A DNA stretch of 64,000 nucleotides from an uncultured Gammaproteobacteria bacterium (GTDB taxonomy: Bacteria; Pseudomonadota; Gammaproteobacteria; UBA9214), in NCBI GenBank assembly GCA_963773065.1, contig CAVYZN010000008.1:96001-160000 (forward strand), read 5' to 3'. This document shows, piece after piece, positions 62,093 through 64,000 of the stretch (position 1 is the first letter of the stretch; the number at the start of each line of letters is the position of its first letter). The notes under the pieces are model-generated. The model saw nothing but the letters and a program-made list of their open reading frames with translations. It did no database searches and had not been told where the DNA came from. Position numbers and translations under genes: made by a program.

Positions 62093-64000
62093 TCAGGACC
62101 CCGCGATATCCTCCATCTGTCCGCTTTCCGAGGGCACGGCGGGCGCCATCTCCCCGGCGATCTCCAGCAGCTCCGGCTCCCGCAGGCGCCGGCGCGCTTC
62201 GTGGTAGGCCAGCCCGGTGCCGGCCGGAATCAGGCGGCCCACGATGACGTTCTCCTTGAGCCCGCGCAGGCTGTCCTTGCTGCCGCGAACCGCGGCCTCG
62301 GTCAGCACGCGGGTCGTCTCCTGGAACGAGGCGGCCGAGATGAACGACTCCGTCGCCAGCGATGCCTTGGTGATGCCGAGCAGCAGCGGCACCCAGGCGG
62401 CGGGTTGCTTGTCGGCGCGCACGAGCTTTTCGTTCTCCTCCAGCACGCGCGAGCGCTCCAGTTGCTCGCCCCGCAGGAACCGGCTCTCCCCCGCATCGGT
62501 GATTTCCACCTTGCGCAGCATCTGGCGCAGGATGACCTCGATGTGCTTGTCGTTGATCTTCACGCCCTGCAGGCGGTAGACGTCCTGGATTTCCTTGACC
62601 AGGTATTCCGCCATCGCCGAGGTGCCGAGCAGGCGCAGGATGTCGTGGGCATTGGGTTCGCCGTCGACCAGGGTCTCGCCCTTCTCGACGTGCTCGCCCT
62701 CGAACACGGTGACATGCCGCCACTTGGGTATCAGTTCCTCATGCTGCTCGCCGTCCACCCCGGTGATGATCACGCGCTGCTTGCCCTTGGTGTCCTTGCC
62801 GAAGCCGACGGTGCCCGAACATTCCGCGAGGATGGCGGATTCCTTCGGCTTGCGCGCCTCGAACAGATCCGCCACCCGCGGCAGGCCGCCGGTGATGTCG
62901 CGGGTCTTGGAGGACTCCTGCGGAATGCGCGCGATCACGTCACCGACCTGCACCGAGGCGCCGTCATCCAGACCGACGATGGCCCCGGCGGGCAGGAAGT
63001 AGTGAGCGTCGATATCGGTGCCGGCGATCTTGAGCTGCCTGCCCTGCTCGTCGAGGAGCTTGACCATCGGGCGCAGTTCCTTGCCGGCGCTGCTGCGCTG
63101 CTTGGGATCGGTGATCACCTTGCTGGTGAGGCCGGTGATCTCGTCCGTATGCTCGATGACGGTCAGGCCCTCGTGGAAGTCGGTGAACTTCACCACGCCG
63201 GCCACTTCGGTCACGATCGGGTGGGTATGCGGGTCCCAGTTGGCGATCATGCTGCCGCCCTGGACGGCGTCGCCCTCGGCGGCGCTGATGACCGCCCCGT
63301 AGGGCACTTTGTAGCGCTCGCGCTCGCGCCCGAACTCATCGACGATGCCGATTTCACCGGAACGGGACACCGCCACCAGGTTGGCGTTCTTGTTGGTGAC
63401 GGTCTTGATATTGTGCAGGCGCACCGTGCCGCCGGTCTTGACCTCGACGCTGTTGACCGTCGCCGAACGGCTCGCCGCGCCGCCGATGTGGAAAGTGCGC
63501 ATGGTGAGCTGGGTGCCCGGCTCGCCGATGGACTGCGCCGCGATCACGCCGATGGCCTCGCCCTCGTTGACCATGTGGCCGCGGGCGAGATCGCGCCCGT
63601 AGCAGGAGGCGCAGACCCCGTAGCGGTTGTCGCAGGTGATCGGCGAGCGCACCTTGATTTCGTCCACGCCCAGCGCCTCCAGGCGGTCGACCCAGTCCTC
63701 GTCCAGCAGGGTGCCTTGCGGGGCGATCACCTCGTCGCGCCCCGGCAGAGTGACATCCTCGGCGGTGAGGCGCCCGAGCACGCGCTCGCGCAGCGGCTCC
63801 ACGATATCGCCGCCCTCGACCAGCGGGTTCAGCACCAGGCCTTCGCTGGTGCCGCAGTCCGTGCCGATGACGACCATGTCCTGCGCCACGTCCACCAGGC
63901 GGCGCGTGAGATAACCGGAGTTCGCGGTCTTGAGCGCGGTGTCCGCCAGGCCCTTGCGGGCGCCGTGGGTGGAGATAAAGTACTGCAGCACGTCCAACCC
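62093..64000 (-). CDS. rpoC: RNA polymerase beta' subunit, 3' part (start is outside the window)
   Basis: Bridge helix [24 protein letters not shown], trigger loop [43 protein letters not shown]. Confidence 0.99.
   Translation of the reverse strand, partial: GLDVLQYFISTHGARKGLADTALKTANSGYLTRRLVDVAQDMVVIGTDCGTSEGLVLNPLVEGGDIVEPLRERVLGRLTAEDVTLPGRDEVIAPQGTLLDEDWVDRLEALGVDEIKVRSPITCDNRYGVCASCYGRDLARGHMVNEGEAIGVIAAQSIGEPGTQLTMRTFHIGGAASRSATVNSVEVKTGGTVRLHNIKTVTNKNANLVAVSRSGEIGIVDEFGRERERYKVPYGAVISAAEGDAVQGGSMIANWDPHTHPIVTEVAGVVKFTDFHEGLTVIEHTDEITGLTSKVITDPKQRSSAGKELRPMVKLLDEQGRQLKIAGTDIDAHYFLPAGAIVGLDDGASVQVGDVIARIPQESSKTRDITGGLPRVADLFEARKPKESAILAECSGTVGFGKDTKGKQRVIITGVDGEQHEELIPKWRHVTVFEGEHVEKGETLVDGEPNAHDILRLLGTSAMAEYLVKEIQDVYRLQGVKINDKHIEVILRQMLRKVEITDAGESRFLRGEQLERSRVLEENEKLVRADKQPAAWVPLLLGITKASLATESFISAASFQETTRVLTEAAVRGSKDSLRGLKENVIVGRLIPAGTGLAYHEARRRLREPELLEIAGEMAPAVPSESGQMEDIAGS

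Overview
A GC-rich Gammaproteobacterial chromosome segment made almost entirely of conserved core genes. From left to right: (1) an AT-richer accessory block (Wzx-like flippase, two GT4 glycosyltransferases, a SAM methyltransferase) directly upstream of pilB-pilC-pilD-coaE-zapD-yacG; (2) on the minus strand a Nudix/ThiE fusion, argJ, secA, an M23 peptidase, lpxC and the full dcw cluster (ftsZ-ftsA-ftsQ-ddl-murB-murC-murG-ftsW-murD-mraY-murF-murE-ftsI-ftsL-rsmH-mraZ), with a c5-type cytochrome and dciA on the plus strand; (3) ssb, an MFS transporter, uvrA, a DUF62 enzyme and a SnoaL-like protein; (4) the alpha, spc, S10 and str ribosomal operons, tuf, fusA and the 3' part of rpoC. Several core genes (coaE, yacG, argJ, ftsA, ddl, murC, tuf) carry single-base insertions, which are most likely sequencing errors. 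I found no tRNA, rRNA, CRISPR array, transposase or phage gene, and I cannot support a clearly new multi-gene system. The best leads are a probable pilin/surface glycosylation island next to pilB, a heptamer-repeat inverted element between tuf and rpsJ, a sharp codon-usage anomaly confined to tuf, several small inverted-repeat elements in core-operon spacers, and the direct join of the ribosomal cluster to the dcw cluster.
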